Source: a virus
Length of the DNA stretch: 64,000 nt
IMG/VR virus record: IMGVR_UViG_3300047476_001402
Coordinates: 1-64,000 of that record
Direction: 5' to 3' (one strand)
Below are positions 41,501-53,007 of this stretch, piece after piece. How positions within the stretch are numbered: the stretch's first letter is position 1; every line of letters starts with the position of its first letter. The position numbers were made by a program, and so were the translations under genes. Under the pieces are notes generated by a model that was not told where the DNA came from, searched no databases, and worked only from the letters and a program-made list of their open reading frames with translations.

Positions 41501-42403
41501 ATGGTTTATAAAACACGCATTGCTCCATCACCCACAGGATTTATTCATCTCGGAAATATCCGAACAGCATATCATAATTGGCTTGCTGCTCGTTCCACTG
41601 GCGGAAAATTCATTCTCCGTATTGACGACACTGATAAAGAGCGTAATAAAGAAGAATATGTGGATAAAATTTTCGAGACATTTGAATGGCTTGGTTTGGA
41701 TTTTGATGAAACATTTCGTCAGAGCGAAACAGAGGCCAACCATTTAGCTATTGCACAGCAACTAGTACATGATGGTCTAGCAGAGATGATTGAAGGCGGA
41801 GCTATCCGTTTGACTAACATTCCTCATATTCCTGATTTTTGGAACGATGTTGTTGCAGGAGAGATCAAAGTATCTGATAAAGATCGGGAGGTTCTGAATA
41901 ATATTATCATCGTTCGTAGTAACGGCTCCCCTACATACAACTTCTCTAGTATTTTAGACGATATGTTTTCAGATGTTAATTTAATCATTCGTGGAACGGA
42001 TCATATTTCTAATACTATTAAGCAATTAGTAATCCTTCATGCAGTTGCGAATCTTAAAAATAATCAACGTGCCTGTGAATTTGCTCGTAAATCTTTGGAC
42101 AATACTAAATTTGCCCATGTTGGGTTAGTTTTCGAAAAAGGGAAGAAACTTTCGAAGCGTGACGGATCAAGCAATTTTGATATCCATAGAGAAAGTGGCT
42201 CACATCCTGATGCAATCCTAAATTGGATTCTTCGACTCGGATGGAGTCCGTCTGATGCAAATTTTGATAAAAATCATCCAATCATCACTAAAGATCATGC
42301 AAAGGAGATCTTTTGGAGTGCTGGTGCATTGAGAAATTCTTCTGCATCATTAGATTTACAAAAATTAGCATACTATAACAAGAAATATAAAAACCTAAAA
42401 TAA
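41501..42403 (+). CDS. glutamyl-tRNA synthetase catalytic core only (GluQ-RS-like)
   Basis: R.APSPTG..HLGN, LRIDDTD, IRG.DH..N, KLSKR; 300 aa, no anticodon-binding domain. Confidence 0.85.
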   Translation: MVYKTRIAPSPTGFIHLGNIRTAYHNWLAARSTGGKFILRIDDTDKERNKEEYVDKIFETFEWLGLDFDETFRQSETEANHLAIAQQLVHDGLAEMIEGGAIRLTNIPHIPDFWNDVVAGEIKVSDKDREVLNNIIIVRSNGSPTYNFSSILDDMFSDVNLIIRGTDHISNTIKQLVILHAVANLKNNQRACEFARKSLDNTKFAHVGLVFEKGKKLSKRDGSSNFDIHRESGSHPDAILNWILRLGWSPSDANFDKNHPIITKDHAKEIFWSAGALRNSSASLDLQKLAYYNKKYKNLK

Positions 42404-43668
42404 TGAAAACAGAAGAACTACAAGAATATATAAATATATTGGAATTGGGAAACACCACATTCCAAGCAATTAAAAATCATCCTCTGATCGTTGAAATTAA
42501 AAAAGATGCCAATCTTAGATACATAATTCCAAAAAAAGAAGAAAAACCAGTAGATGATTCTGCACTGGAAATCATGTGGACTACTAATAGATCTGCAAAA
42601 AACATTGCAGCATATCTTCGATTGAATGGCTATACCATAGATTATAAAACCTCCACCGTTACTAAAGACGGCGGGAAGAATAATACAAAAGTTGGGCGAG
42701 TTTTAAATACATTAAATCCTAAATTGTTAGAAAATTGGAAGAAAATAACAAACGAGGGTTTCTCTACCAAGAAAAGTGAAGATAAAATTTGGATTATTTC
42801 TGCTAATCCAGAAGATCTCTGTGGTTCATCATACAAAAGGAAGTGGACATCTTGTACTTCAGATGGTCATCATATGAGTGGGCTAGGCAATAATAGATTT
42901 TCTCTTATTGCCTATCTTTGTGACAAAGAGGATACGACCATTAAAAATCCACACTGTAGGTATTTTATTCATATCGGCATTCCTCGTAGTACGCAGACTA
43001 AAAATGTTACATTTAAGCTAACGGGGGATAATATTCCACCTGAAATGATCAATCTTAGATTAAATTCTCCTAAAGAAGGCACAATAGGATCATTGTTCAT
43101 AGATACTAAATATGGCAACTGTTCTAGTACTGAATATCAAAATCTAGTATCATTCGTAAATACTATGAATGATACTGTGCTAGATATGAACGGTGTTAAA
43201 CGGATGGCTATTGTTGTGACTGGTCTATATGTTAATGCCTACCCTACTCCTAAAGAAGTGGTTCGTTCCAACTCAAAGAGTGTGAAGAAAACAGTTAAAA
43301 CTAAGGCTAATAGTGAAACACTGGCGATGCGCGCAAAAGCGTATAGTAAATGGTCGAATCGCCCCTCCTATGAGTTAGTCGAGTATATCATAAAGAATAA
43401 TTATTTCTCTAATTCTGCTCTGACAGATTTCATTATCTCTGATAAAGAATTCTCTCAATTTATTAATGACGATGCTATTGGCGATGCATTAAAAAGAGTG
43501 CAAGATGTTATTGAAGAAAATAAACAACAATTGATAGATTTAAAGGATTATACTGAAATCGTGCAAATCACTGATAAAATAACAATCAATGTTAAAAATT
43601 ATGATGCTATTGTTAAATTCCGAGAAAAAATCCAGACAGCACAGAATAGCAAAAAGGTTAAAATTTAA
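42403..43668 (+). CDS. hypothetical protein
   Basis: 421-aa ORF with IIS..P.D....S....WTSC. Confidence 0.7.
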   Translation: MKTEELQEYINILELGNTTFQAIKNHPLIVEIKKDANLRYIIPKKEEKPVDDSALEIMWTTNRSAKNIAAYLRLNGYTIDYKTSTVTKDGGKNNTKVGRVLNTLNPKLLENWKKITNEGFSTKKSEDKIWIISANPEDLCGSSYKRKWTSCTSDGHHMSGLGNNRFSLIAYLCDKEDTTIKNPHCRYFIHIGIPRSTQTKNVTFKLTGDNIPPEMINLRLNSPKEGTIGSLFIDTKYGNCSSTEYQNLVSFVNTMNDTVLDMNGVKRMAIVVTGLYVNAYPTPKEVVRSNSKSVKKTVKTKANSETLAMRAKAYSKWSNRPSYELVEYIIKNNYFSNSALTDFIISDKEFSQFINDDAIGDALKRVQDVIEENKQQLIDLKDYTEIVQITDKITINVKNYDAIVKFREKIQTAQNSKKVKI

Positions 43669-43694
43669 AAAACTTCTAATAGTATAAAATAATT

Positions 43695-43727
43695 AACACC
43701 GAGGATAATATTATCCTCGGTGTTTTT
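43695..43727 (+). terminator. intrinsic terminator
   Basis: AACACCGAGGATAA..TTATCCTCGGTGTTTTT. Confidence 0.75.
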
Positions 43728-43760
43728 ATGTTATGCGGTTTCTTCATAGTAAATAATTGA

Positions 43761-44738
43761 ATGTCCGATTGTTTTATTCCTCCATACAAAATACACGATA
43801 TTGGTGATATTGAAACGCTGTCTCAAATCTATCCATCACATATAAGAGAACTTAAAATTCCCGCTCTTTGGAGTAAAACAAAAGGCAGAGGAATCACAGT
43901 GGCAGTCTTAGATACTGGAATACAAACACATCCCGATTTAATCAAAAATGTTGACATATCTAAATGCAGATCATTCATAGATGGGGAAGACATATTTGAT
44001 AATTCCGCAGGACACGGTATTCACGTTAACGGAATTATTGCAGCATCAAACGATGAGTTTGGTATAGTGGGTGTAGCACCTGAAGTTACACTAGTATCTG
44101 TTAAAGTTTTGAACAAAAATGGTAGAAGTCAGAATGATAGTATATTAAAAGGACTCAAGTACTGTCTGAATTTGAACCCTGATCTTATTAATATGTCATT
44201 GGGCGGTCCACTTCCCATGCCTGAAGTTCATGAAGTAATAAAAGAGCTTACATTGCGAGGAATACCAGTCGTATGTAGCGTTGGGAACAATGCGAATGAA
44301 AAAAATCAGGTTCTTTATCCTGCACAATATGATGAATGTATAGCCGTTGGTAGTTATTCTAATTCATCCATGCGGGACCGTTCTATATTTTCTAGTTACG
44401 GTGACACTGTTGACATTTTGGCACCTGGAGAAGAGATATTCTCTACGTTCCTCAACGGTTCGTATGCTGTTCTATCAGGGAGTTCGATGGCAGCACCAAT
44501 GGTTACTGGTGTTATTGCCCTTCTTCTATCCTATTGTAAGAAACAAAATAAGAGTATCACCGTTTCGGAAATAAAAAAGGTAATATTTGAAACTGCAATA
44601 GATACTGAGAAAAAGGGTCGCGACGAAGAAAGTGGATGGGGTATAATAAATCCTGAAGGTATTTTATTCAGAATAACCGGGAATGTTGTTAAAAAACAGA
44701 GTATTTGGGAAAAATTTCTAAGTATATTCAAAAAATAA
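43761..44738 (+). CDS. subtilisin-like S8 serine protease
   Basis: Catalytic triad motifs LDTG, HGIHV and GSSMAAP. Confidence 0.93.
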   Translation: MSDCFIPPYKIHDIGDIETLSQIYPSHIRELKIPALWSKTKGRGITVAVLDTGIQTHPDLIKNVDISKCRSFIDGEDIFDNSAGHGIHVNGIIAASNDEFGIVGVAPEVTLVSVKVLNKNGRSQNDSILKGLKYCLNLNPDLINMSLGGPLPMPEVHEVIKELTLRGIPVVCSVGNNANEKNQVLYPAQYDECIAVGSYSNSSMRDRSIFSSYGDTVDILAPGEEIFSTFLNGSYAVLSGSSMAAPMVTGVIALLLSYCKKQNKSITVSEIKKVIFETAIDTEKKGRDEESGWGIINPEGILFRITGNVVKKQSIWEKFLSIFKK

Positions 44739-45924
44739 TATGGATATTATAATTCTATTTCTTGCTATCTTTGGTGCAACATTCATATTCGTTCATGCGA
44801 AGATAATGGATATTTTAAAAATACGCCCTTTTCTAAACCAGTTCGAATTTACTCGGGAATTACAAAAGTGCTCCCTTTGCTCTGGAATATATATAAGCGC
44901 ATTATTTGGTATATTTTATATGCCCATAAATATGCTAATCCCTTTTATATTTGCAGGAGCCGGAGTTGCTCTTTATTTAGAACGAATAGTTATTTTATTC
45001 GATGAATTGATTATAAAATTAGAGAAAGAAAGACGTTGATAATAGTCTCGTCCGTGTTATAATAACAAATGCGTTACCCAGAAAAACATAGAATCGTTCT
45101 TGATAATTGTGATGGATACTCTCAGTTAGATGATGAGGAACTGAAGGATAGTTATAAAAAAGCCTATCACTGGATCGAGCGAGAGGGTAAACTACTGCTC
45201 CCGTTTATCTACATTATAACTCAAAAAACTGAAAACGGGTTTATTGAAAAGTGTATAGTCAATATTCCTCGAAAGAAATACATCGAAGTAGTCGATGGTA
45301 AAAAAACTATTAAATAATATGAACAATTTAGATAATGCTATAACTGAATTTATTAAGGCATATGAGGCACTCCAAGTAGTCGAAATTCAACTATGTGATG
45401 CTGTTAGGCCGGAATTGGTAAAATGTAAAAACGCTGAAGATTATTATAAACTAATCGACAAACTTCCGAAGAGTTATCGTATTGGTATAAGACGTATTTA
45501 CGAACTTATCGAACGTCTCGGATGATTACGTATTCACAAGATCTTCAGGAATGAATTTCTTATACTGATAAGCAATACCCGTTCCTGATCCTAGTGTTAT
45601 ACTAGTGATAGGGGCTGTCCATGTATAGCCCGCAGGAAACGAAAATGAATTAAATGCACTAGGAGTTGCAGAATATATGGTTCCTGTGTGTTGACCATCG
45701 CTGTGTTGTGTTCGCATACCTACAGATGCTACTACTGAATTAGTTAAAAAATCTATTCTATAGAATACATAATCTGAGGATGTCGGTACAAATGTTCCTG
45801 CACCAGTCAGAGGTATTTGGCCGTGTCCACCAAATGAGAGTTCCCATGCGAAAAGCTCTCTACGGTCATTATACATAAAACTAGTACTTGGTTGTAAATT
45901 CATACTATTACTTATTCATAACGC

Positions 45925-45958
45925 AAAAAAACCCCAAAGAATATTCTTTGGGGTTTTT
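45925..45958 (-). terminator. intrinsic terminator (bidirectional-looking)
   Basis: AAAAAAACCCCAAAGAAT-ATTCTTTGGGGTTTTT. Confidence 0.75.
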
Positions 45959-45974
45959 AATATTATTCCGTATT

Positions 45975-47234
45975 TTAAATAGTTATAAGTTCTTTAATAG
46001 GAGCCTCTTTGTTTCCTATGCTCATGGGTCTGCCAGGGGCTGAACTATCGGATGGAGTTGTCCAAACCTTATCATAAGGTATTCCTAGAAAATGACCAAT
46101 GGTTGCATTAAGCATCCCAGGTGTCACTGGATTTTCTTCCACTCTCTCTGCATTTGCAGTCGTTTTACCGATAGGTCTTCCTCCAAGAGCGAGTCCACCT
46201 ACAAGCATAGAGAATGCTTGCGGGTGATGGTCCTTACCCTCATTGACATTATATTTAGGAGTTCTTCCGAAATCTGTTGCAACAACTACTAAAGTATCTT
46301 TTAATAATCCTTCATTAGTTAAATCTTCGAAAAGTGATGCAAGGGCTTTATCAAGTTCTCCGCCGCGATTTGTCATATTGGTTTCGATATCGTTGTGCAT
46401 ATCCCAGCCTCCTACGGTAACTTCACAATAACGAACACCACTCTTAATGAGTCTTTTTGCAAGGAGTAATCCGCTACCGATCTGAGTCTTTCCGTATTTA
46501 TTACGGACATCTTCTGTCTCTTTATTAAGATCGAAAACGTTTAAATCTTCGCTCTTCAAGAGTTTCAATGCTTCGTCATAGATAGATGAATATGATGTCA
46601 CATCACTGTTAGTGATATTTTTCATAAACCCTTTATTTAACGAATCGAGAACTTGGATACGATTATTGAACTGCGTTTCTGCCCCGAGTATACGACTATA
46701 GCGCAAACCCTCATTAGGATTTATAATAGATAAAGGATAAAATTTCTTACTAAAATATCCACCTCCAGGATTATCAGTATCTGGAGATATCGAGATATAA
46801 TCTGGAATGGATTCGTGTTGTTTCCCTAAAAGATTATATGATATAGACCCTAATGTTGGATGAACAATAAGACTACTCTTATTATAAGAGGTCTTCACTG
46901 TATATTTCGACATGGCGTGTGCTCCTGATTTAGATGTCATACTTCTAATAGGAATAAACTTATTTCCATGTTTTGCGAGATTAGGAAAATAACTAGAAAT
47001 ATAAAAATCACCGGTAGTCTTTATAGCTGATGCATTTCCTTTAATAAGAGGATCATCTTTAGGATCGAGGAAATCTGTATGAGATATACCTCCATCCAAG
47101 TAAACATAGATTACATGTTTAGCTTTACCTGCTGTCTTGAGTGGTAGTGTGTCACCTAGAGCAGTGAAACTTACTCCTAGTGTTGTGTATGCTAAGGACT
47201 GAACAAATCCTCTTCTTGTAATATCAGTATTCAT
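45975..47234 (-). CDS. DUF1501 family protein with twin-arginine signal (start moved to MNTDITRRGF)
   Basis: AK.VI..YL.GG.SH.D..DPK, LLA.RL...GVR, GWD.H, FGRTP..N...G.DH. Confidence 0.88.
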   Translation of the reverse strand: MNTDITRRGFVQSLAYTTLGVSFTALGDTLPLKTAGKAKHVIYVYLDGGISHTDFLDPKDDPLIKGNASAIKTTGDFYISSYFPNLAKHGNKFIPIRSMTSKSGAHAMSKYTVKTSYNKSSLIVHPTLGSISYNLLGKQHESIPDYISISPDTDNPGGGYFSKKFYPLSIINPNEGLRYSRILGAETQFNNRIQVLDSLNKGFMKNITNSDVTSYSSIYDEALKLLKSEDLNVFDLNKETEDVRNKYGKTQIGSGLLLAKRLIKSGVRYCEVTVGGWDMHNDIETNMTNRGGELDKALASLFEDLTNEGLLKDTLVVVATDFGRTPKYNVNEGKDHHPQAFSMLVGGLALGGRPIGKTTANAERVEENPVTPGMLNATIGHFLGIPYDKVWTTPSDSSAPGRPMSIGNKEAPIKELITI

Positions 47235-47402
47235 ATTTTTTGTTTTTCTATATCGTTTAACTCTGTACGCCATTTTAATTTTTTAGCATAAAAGTCTTTA
47301 TCGTCGTCGGGTAAGTTTATCAAAAGTTTCATGTTATAGATTCTTTCTGCAAGTTTCTTTAATTTATTCTCTTGATCACATTGTAAAATTAGTAGATCCA
47401 TA

Positions 47403-49109
47403 TTATTTCTTAAACAAAAATTCTCTCGAATTTATCAATGCCCAAATCAGGTCATTTTTTTCTGTTTTATTAATTATTGCACGTTCCTCGATATTAGGAT
47501 TCCGAGTTAAAACGGTAGAAAAAATTTCTTCCTTAGACATGGAAGAAATAATAGACTCTTTACTTGTCACCAATTCGAATAAAGGAGAATTCATCAACAT
47601 AAGAATTTGTGTTATACTTCCTTTGTTATCAGTAGAATCTATTAGTATTCTATCGGAGCTACCATACTCACGTAAAAACTGACCGACAAAACTATTTCGG
47701 TTTACTATAAATGCAGATCGTATCAAATCTATGTTCTTATATTTTAGAGTATTCTTAGTGATATTACTATCATATGCTCGTATGGTTTCCATCTTTTCTA
47801 AAAGACCTTTCCCACTAACATTATTCCAATCTATTTCAATTAAATTAGAATATTCATCGAAAACGATTTTAGAATAATTTGTATCAGGGATTACCAGAGT
47901 TAATATATTATCCCATATCTGATATGATGGTAGTCTTTGTATCTGTACAGACTGAAAATTATACAATGTCGTTGGTCCTGTGTATGCCACTCTATTGTAG
48001 AAATCAGATTCTATTATATGTCTGATAAGTTCTTTGATACTATAGCCATGCGCCTTGAGATAATCACCTAAATACTTTAAAACCGAACCTGTATTATAAT
48101 CTGTTAATACAAAACTAGTCTCTGGACTAATTAAAGGGGTGCCGACGATTAATCCCCAAATACGATTAGATACTGCAAGTGAAAAATTCTCATGTTCTAC
48201 TATCCATTTAGACAATTCTTCTCTTTTATTAGAATCAACTACCTTCAATTTACTATCAAGGGTTAACGGTTTAACGACATCAAAAGGCTTTGCATCTGAA
48301 TATTTATAGTCATGAGGAAGCTTCATTTCTTTTGCATCATTATCTTTTAAATTGAAAAGATTTGCAGAAAGAAGTTGTCTAACATTATTATCTATACGAT
48401 CTTGTTTCGTAATCTCTTTAATTTCTTGATCGACCTTTTTTAAAATATCACCATACTCTTTTCTCGACTCTCTATTATCTAATGTGTTGAAAAATGCTGC
48501 CATCTCAAAAAACTGTCTTTGTGTGTATTCCTGAAATGGGTCATCATGGCATTGGGCACAACTTAAATCGGTGGCAATGAACAGTTGTAAAGTGGTGGCT
48601 AGGTTATCTAAAGGCATACCCGTATCACGGAGCATATATCCTGTGGCACCATTATCACTGTATTTCCCTGTTGCAGTGAGAAGATCGAATATAAATTTAT
48701 CATATGGCTTATCAGCACGAATAGAATCACGCACATAATCCATATAAGGATATGCCTTAAGAATACCAGTACCATCAGAAAGTCTTTCTGGACGAATTCT
48801 AAATATATCAGCCCAGAAATTATACAAATTATTCACATAGTCTTCTGAATGTAAAAGTTTCTCAACAATTTTATTTTTCTTAACGGGCTCCTTATTTTTT
48901 ATAAATTCTTGTGTTTCGGAAAGAGTAGGTATTCTTCCTGCAACAGTTAAATAGGTTCGTTTGAGCCATGTATGATCGTCCACTTTCGTAGGGTCGCCTT
49001 TTACTTTGTTTTCGACATAAAATTTTTGTAAATGTCTGTCTAAATCATTATAGGCATTTCCACTAAAAGGAAAAAAGCATATGAGTAAAGATAAAATGAG
49101 AGTTTTCAT
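47403..49109 (-). CDS. DUF1549/DUF1553 (PSCyt2/PSD1) protein with signal peptide
   Basis: DD..W.KR.YL...GRIPT, KPYD.F..DLLTA.G, CAQCHD.PF, NRIW, DL.WAL.NS.EF.F. Confidence 0.88.
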   Translation of the reverse strand: MKTLILSLLICFFPFSGNAYNDLDRHLQKFYVENKVKGDPTKVDDHTWLKRTYLTVAGRIPTLSETQEFIKNKEPVKKNKIVEKLLHSEDYVNNLYNFWADIFRIRPERLSDGTGILKAYPYMDYVRDSIRADKPYDKFIFDLLTATGKYSDNGATGYMLRDTGMPLDNLATTLQLFIATDLSCAQCHDDPFQEYTQRQFFEMAAFFNTLDNRESRKEYGDILKKVDQEIKEITKQDRIDNNVRQLLSANLFNLKDNDAKEMKLPHDYKYSDAKPFDVVKPLTLDSKLKVVDSNKREELSKWIVEHENFSLAVSNRIWGLIVGTPLISPETSFVLTDYNTGSVLKYLGDYLKAHGYSIKELIRHIIESDFYNRVAYTGPTTLYNFQSVQIQRLPSYQIWDNILTLVIPDTNYSKIVFDEYSNLIEIDWNNVSGKGLLEKMETIRAYDSNITKNTLKYKNIDLIRSAFIVNRNSFVGQFLREYGSSDRILIDSTDNKGSITQILMLMNSPLFELVTSKESIISSMSKEEIFSTVLTRNPNIEERAIINKTEKNDLIWALINSREFLFKK

Positions 49110-49145
49110 ACTGCTGAGATATACTTATCGTTAATGTCTTTTCTT

Positions 49146-49901
49146 TCAGACTTTCTTATTAATAATCACTTTTTTCAATTTTTTATCGCTTTGAATAAAA
49201 TAACAGAAAGATTTAGTGGTATTGGGATTTATGAAGATTTTATACATATTAACTCCGTTCGGTTTTATTGGTTCCATGAGCGAATCCTTATAATGTAACA
49301 ACCCAAACGATAAATGCCCACCATATAAGTTAGTATCTAAACCCAGAGAAAATGTTTCAAATCCGTTGCTTATAGCATATTCTATACTTTTTAAGATACA
49401 TGCCGTGCTGCCACCATTCTTCTTAAACTCATCAGAATACCATGCATATGAATAAGATAATTTCTCGTCAAGATTTTTAAGAATACTTCCACCACGTATT
49501 GATCCAAGCGAATCTCTACCAATAACTAGTAGATATTCGCCTATATTATTTTTTATTCTTTGTACATCCACACGATCAATGCCGTGTGCGATACTATGTA
49601 AGAAATTTTTATATCCAATATACCATTCATCCAACAAGGTATGGGTTAATGGAACAACCTCTAGATTATATTCGTCGAGCCTTTTTGCAATTTTATTCAA
49701 ATCACAACGTATTTTACTAGGTTTCTTACTGATCCAACTGATTAAACTATCAGGAACTGTCATCGAAAATGTAACTTTCTCTGGGTAAGTCCCGGTAATA
49801 GCCTTCCTCATTAGTGCAAAATCCAAATTAGGATTTTTATCAAAAAAATCAGGAGTATAAGATTTTATAAAATCATAATTTATATTACCAGATATTTCCA
49901 T
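49146..49901 (-). CDS. GNAT/FemAB-like fold protein
   Basis: C-terminal I.YA...G...F.LG...N.YG.....GL..YK. Confidence 0.5.
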   Translation of the reverse strand: MEISGNINYDFIKSYTPDFFDKNPNLDFALMRKAITGTYPEKVTFSMTVPDSLISWISKKPSKIRCDLNKIAKRLDEYNLEVVPLTHTLLDEWYIGYKNFLHSIAHGIDRVDVQRIKNNIGEYLLVIGRDSLGSIRGGSILKNLDEKLSYSYAWYSDEFKKNGGSTACILKSIEYAISNGFETFSLGLDTNLYGGHLSFGLLHYKDSLMEPIKPNGVNMYKIFINPNTTKSFCYFIQSDKKLKKVIINKKV

Positions 49902-49902
49902 A

Positions 49903-51054
49903 TTACATTAAAATTTTATGACTACGATCCTTGCCAAAAGAATAACCAAATAAAGGCAGCTTCAATTCTATTGCGATACCGAATGCACGACTGAGATAAA
50001 ACTCATCCTTATAAAAGGGATCATTATCCAAACAGGTTACAAATAATTTATCAACCTTAGTAAATGATAATGCATATCTAAGGGAGTCATAGTCTAGTGT
50101 CCCTACACGAAATCCTTTCTGCCATTCATTGTATGTGTTATCTTCGCCTTTTAACACTATACCCTTTACTTCTGTTGGAAGTGGTCCATTTCCATGTCTC
50201 GTTGCATAAGACCGTGTGATACCTATACGAAGAATATGCCCGTCATAATCGATCCTCTTTAGGAAATCTTCTGCTAATTGTGTCGTTGTATCGGTAGCAG
50301 AGACATGAGGTAAAAATCCACGATCTTTATCAAGAAGTGCTCCTTGTGCTCCCTCAAATACCACGATTTCTGAATTATTAATCAATTTCTTACAATCTTC
50401 ATCATTCACAATTGTGATGAAGGCTTCAATATTTTTATATATAGAAATTAAATCTTGCTCTTCTTCATGATCATCAACAAACAATCCTTCCCAATTTTCA
50501 TCCTTCTCATAATCTTTAGGACCAATCTCGTCCCTGAAATTAGAAATAATATCAAATATATGTATATCTAAAAAAGAATTCCTTATACTGGATAAGTCAC
50601 CTATTTTAAGTGGATTATATTTTTGTGCATATTCGACGGTTTTATAAATCCCAAGACCTACAGACCCATGATTATTAACCTTCTCTTCAATGCGATTTGC
50701 ATAGATATGATAAGGAGTAGTAACTAATGCATTTTCATGAACATAAACTTTTGGAAGAAATCCGAATTTGCTTTCAAAATCTCGCATCTCATGAATAAGA
50801 AGAATAGGATTTACGATTACACTATCTAATAAAAGTGTATCCGCACCTGCAAAAGTTCCTGCGGATAGCTGTTTAAAACAAAAATGTTTATTTCTAACGT
50901 GAACATTATGGGCGCATTGTGCCCCGCCAGAAAATCTAACAACCAATGAACTCTTGGTAACTGATGTTATATAGTCAGTCACTGTTCCCTTTCCCTCGTC
51001 CCCGTGTCCGATTCCAACAACAATATAAGCTTTTTTATTTTTCATATAATTCAT
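49903..51054 (-). CDS. purA: adenylosuccinate synthetase-like protein
   Basis: GDEGKG, RFSGGAQ.AH, HGSVG.GI, FEGAQG.LLD, TR.Y.TRHG.GP. Confidence 0.8.
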   Translation of the reverse strand: MNYMKNKKAYIVVGIGHGDEGKGTVTDYITSVTKSSLVVRFSGGAQCAHNVHVRNKHFCFKQLSAGTFAGADTLLLDSVIVNPILLIHEMRDFESKFGFLPKVYVHENALVTTPYHIYANRIEEKVNNHGSVGLGIYKTVEYAQKYNPLKIGDLSSIRNSFLDIHIFDIISNFRDEIGPKDYEKDENWEGLFVDDHEEEQDLISIYKNIEAFITIVNDEDCKKLINNSEIVVFEGAQGALLDKDRGFLPHVSATDTTTQLAEDFLKRIDYDGHILRIGITRSYATRHGNGPLPTEVKGIVLKGEDNTYNEWQKGFRVGTLDYDSLRYALSFTKVDKLFVTCLDNDPFYKDEFYLSRAFGIAIELKLPLFGYSFGKDRSHKILM

Positions 51055-51844
51055 TAATTTCTAAATATTTTTTATATTTTCTCTCTAAACAAAAATTTCC
51101 ATTATATATATATTTTAATATTTCAACTACTTCGTTTTTACGAAATATTCGTAAAACATATATTGTTTTTTTCTTTACAATTGTGCCATAGCCAAACATA
51201 TACTTTTCTTTTAAATCTGTTAAAAAGGATTCTGATGCCGAATATATATTAATCGAAAATTGTGATCCCCCAGATTTAGTTTTACCCACATATATGTTAC
51301 CATCACCATCAACAATTCCTCTCAGGTAATCAGGAATAAATTCTTTTGGAACTTCTACCACAAATTCTTTACCAGTCTTATTTTTAAAAACGCCCATAGT
51401 AGCTATATCTTCAATTATAGCCTTTGAACCAAATTTTAAACTCACTTGTTTAGAGGGGCCAATATTAGTTCTTTTATCAATCCGCACTCTTTCTGTTATA
51501 GGTATTCTAGAATCTAATTGATCCCTTATAAACTCTAAAATCGACCGATCTCTTTCTTGAATATCTACACCTATCCATCTCACACGACCCGTATCTATTA
51601 CATATCCGTCACATATCAAGAATCCTAGACTATATGCCATATTCGCAGACCATTTTGAAAAATACTGCTCATCATAAGAATATTTTAGACGTTTATTTTT
51701 TGAATTCCGCTGTATACCGTACTTTCTTATTAGATATGATATACTATGTTCACTTTTACCTAATACCTCTGCGATTTCTTTTTGTGTTTTTCCTTCAACT
51801 ACAAATTGTTGAATTATATATTCTTTGAGATTGTCGTAAGCCAT
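51035..51844 (-). mobile_element. free-standing LAGLIDADG endonuclease with N-terminal HTH
   Basis: YSLGFLICDG and YLRGIVDGDG motifs, LERKY. Confidence 0.85.
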
Positions 51845-52134
51845 TATACATATACTTATAACGGTCTGCTTGTTTTTTTGCCATAGTTTTAATCAATAAG
51901 ATTTTTGATAAGTGATGAAATTGTTCGATAATCTTTTGTTACGAGGATTTGTTCTTGATTATCCAATGTTATAAGTGTCCAATTTCTATCTGGTTCTATT
52001 CTTCTAATAGTTTTCAATGCTAATAGTTGATAAACGGACCCCCGCTCTGTGTTTAATGGTAATTCAATCATCATAAAATAAAAAAGTGGAATAAATTGCT
52101 CTATTCCACTTTTAAGTTTAAAATTTCGGATACT

Positions 52135-53007
52135 TTAGAGAATAATCTCTGTTTCTTCAAAATTTTGTTTCTGCTGTGGAGTAGTCTCTACTCCTGATTC
52201 TACACCCTTCTGGACGTTTTTCAACACATATTGTGCGATAATTTCTGGGATTTTTGTATAATCTTGAGTAACAATTAAATGTTCGCCAAGAAGATCACGC
52301 AAACCGTTCTCTGCTGATTGGGATCTATAACCGTGATTGATATGAATATGGATATAATTCCATTTTTCTTCAATCTTTCGAAGAAGTTCTTCGCTTGTTA
52401 CTGATCCTTCTGCACCCGCATTTTCATAAGTCGCATTAATGAAAGATGCTGGAATTACTGGATGAATAGGCTCGTCACCAAAAGTGAAAATAAACCCTTT
52501 TTGTTTACGTTTTTCCCATGCATCAGTTACTACAAACCTATCAGCAAAGTCCCATACAAGACTGTAGCTTTCACCACCATTACCACCACCATTGCCTTCG
52601 AGATATGTCCGAGTTAACCACATATCAAGTTCCTCATCACCAGATTCGAACTGTCCTACTTGGATAGGATAACGATCTGATATATGATCACCAACCGCAA
52701 TAAAAAGAAGAGCGGCATCAGGAACCCCACCGTTGATGATAGAACTCATCAATTTTGGAAGTCCCTCCTTTACAAGATTATGAGGAATAATCCCCATAGA
52801 ACCTGTAACATCCATTCCTAATATAATTGGAACTGTGTTTGGATGAACTGCTGAATCCCTTGCCTCACGAATCTTGATGGCTTTTGGTTCCATAGATTCG
52901 TGGATCATTCGCGTTTTACTTTGTTCGAAAGTATCTGCGAGAGATTTTACTGCATACGTTGCAGACCGTGTGCTTCTTGCACTAAAATCGTAAGATGAAC
53001 CACCCAT
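52135..53007 (-). CDS. vWA-domain protein (start moved to MGGSSY)
   Basis: DVTGSM, AVGD, Q.GQFES, GGGN.GESY, FT.GDE. Confidence 0.8.
   Translation of the reverse strand: MGGSSYDFSARSTRSATYAVKSLADTFEQSKTRMIHESMEPKAIKIREARDSAVHPNTVPIILGMDVTGSMGIIPHNLVKEGLPKLMSSIINGGVPDAALLFIAVGDHISDRYPIQVGQFESGDEELDMWLTRTYLEGNGGGNGGESYSLVWDFADRFVVTDAWEKRKQKGFIFTFGDEPIHPVIPASFINATYENAGAEGSVTSEELLRKIEEKWNYIHIHINHGYRSQSAENGLRDLLGEHLIVTQDYTKIPEIIAQYVLKNVQKGVESGVETTPQQKQNFEETEIIL

Noticed and set aside
49903-51054. PurZ (2-aminoadenine genome pathway)
   Set aside because: The protein keeps the PurA-type GDEGKG aspartate rather than the PurZ-type serine, and no linked DatZ or MazZ gene was recognised.
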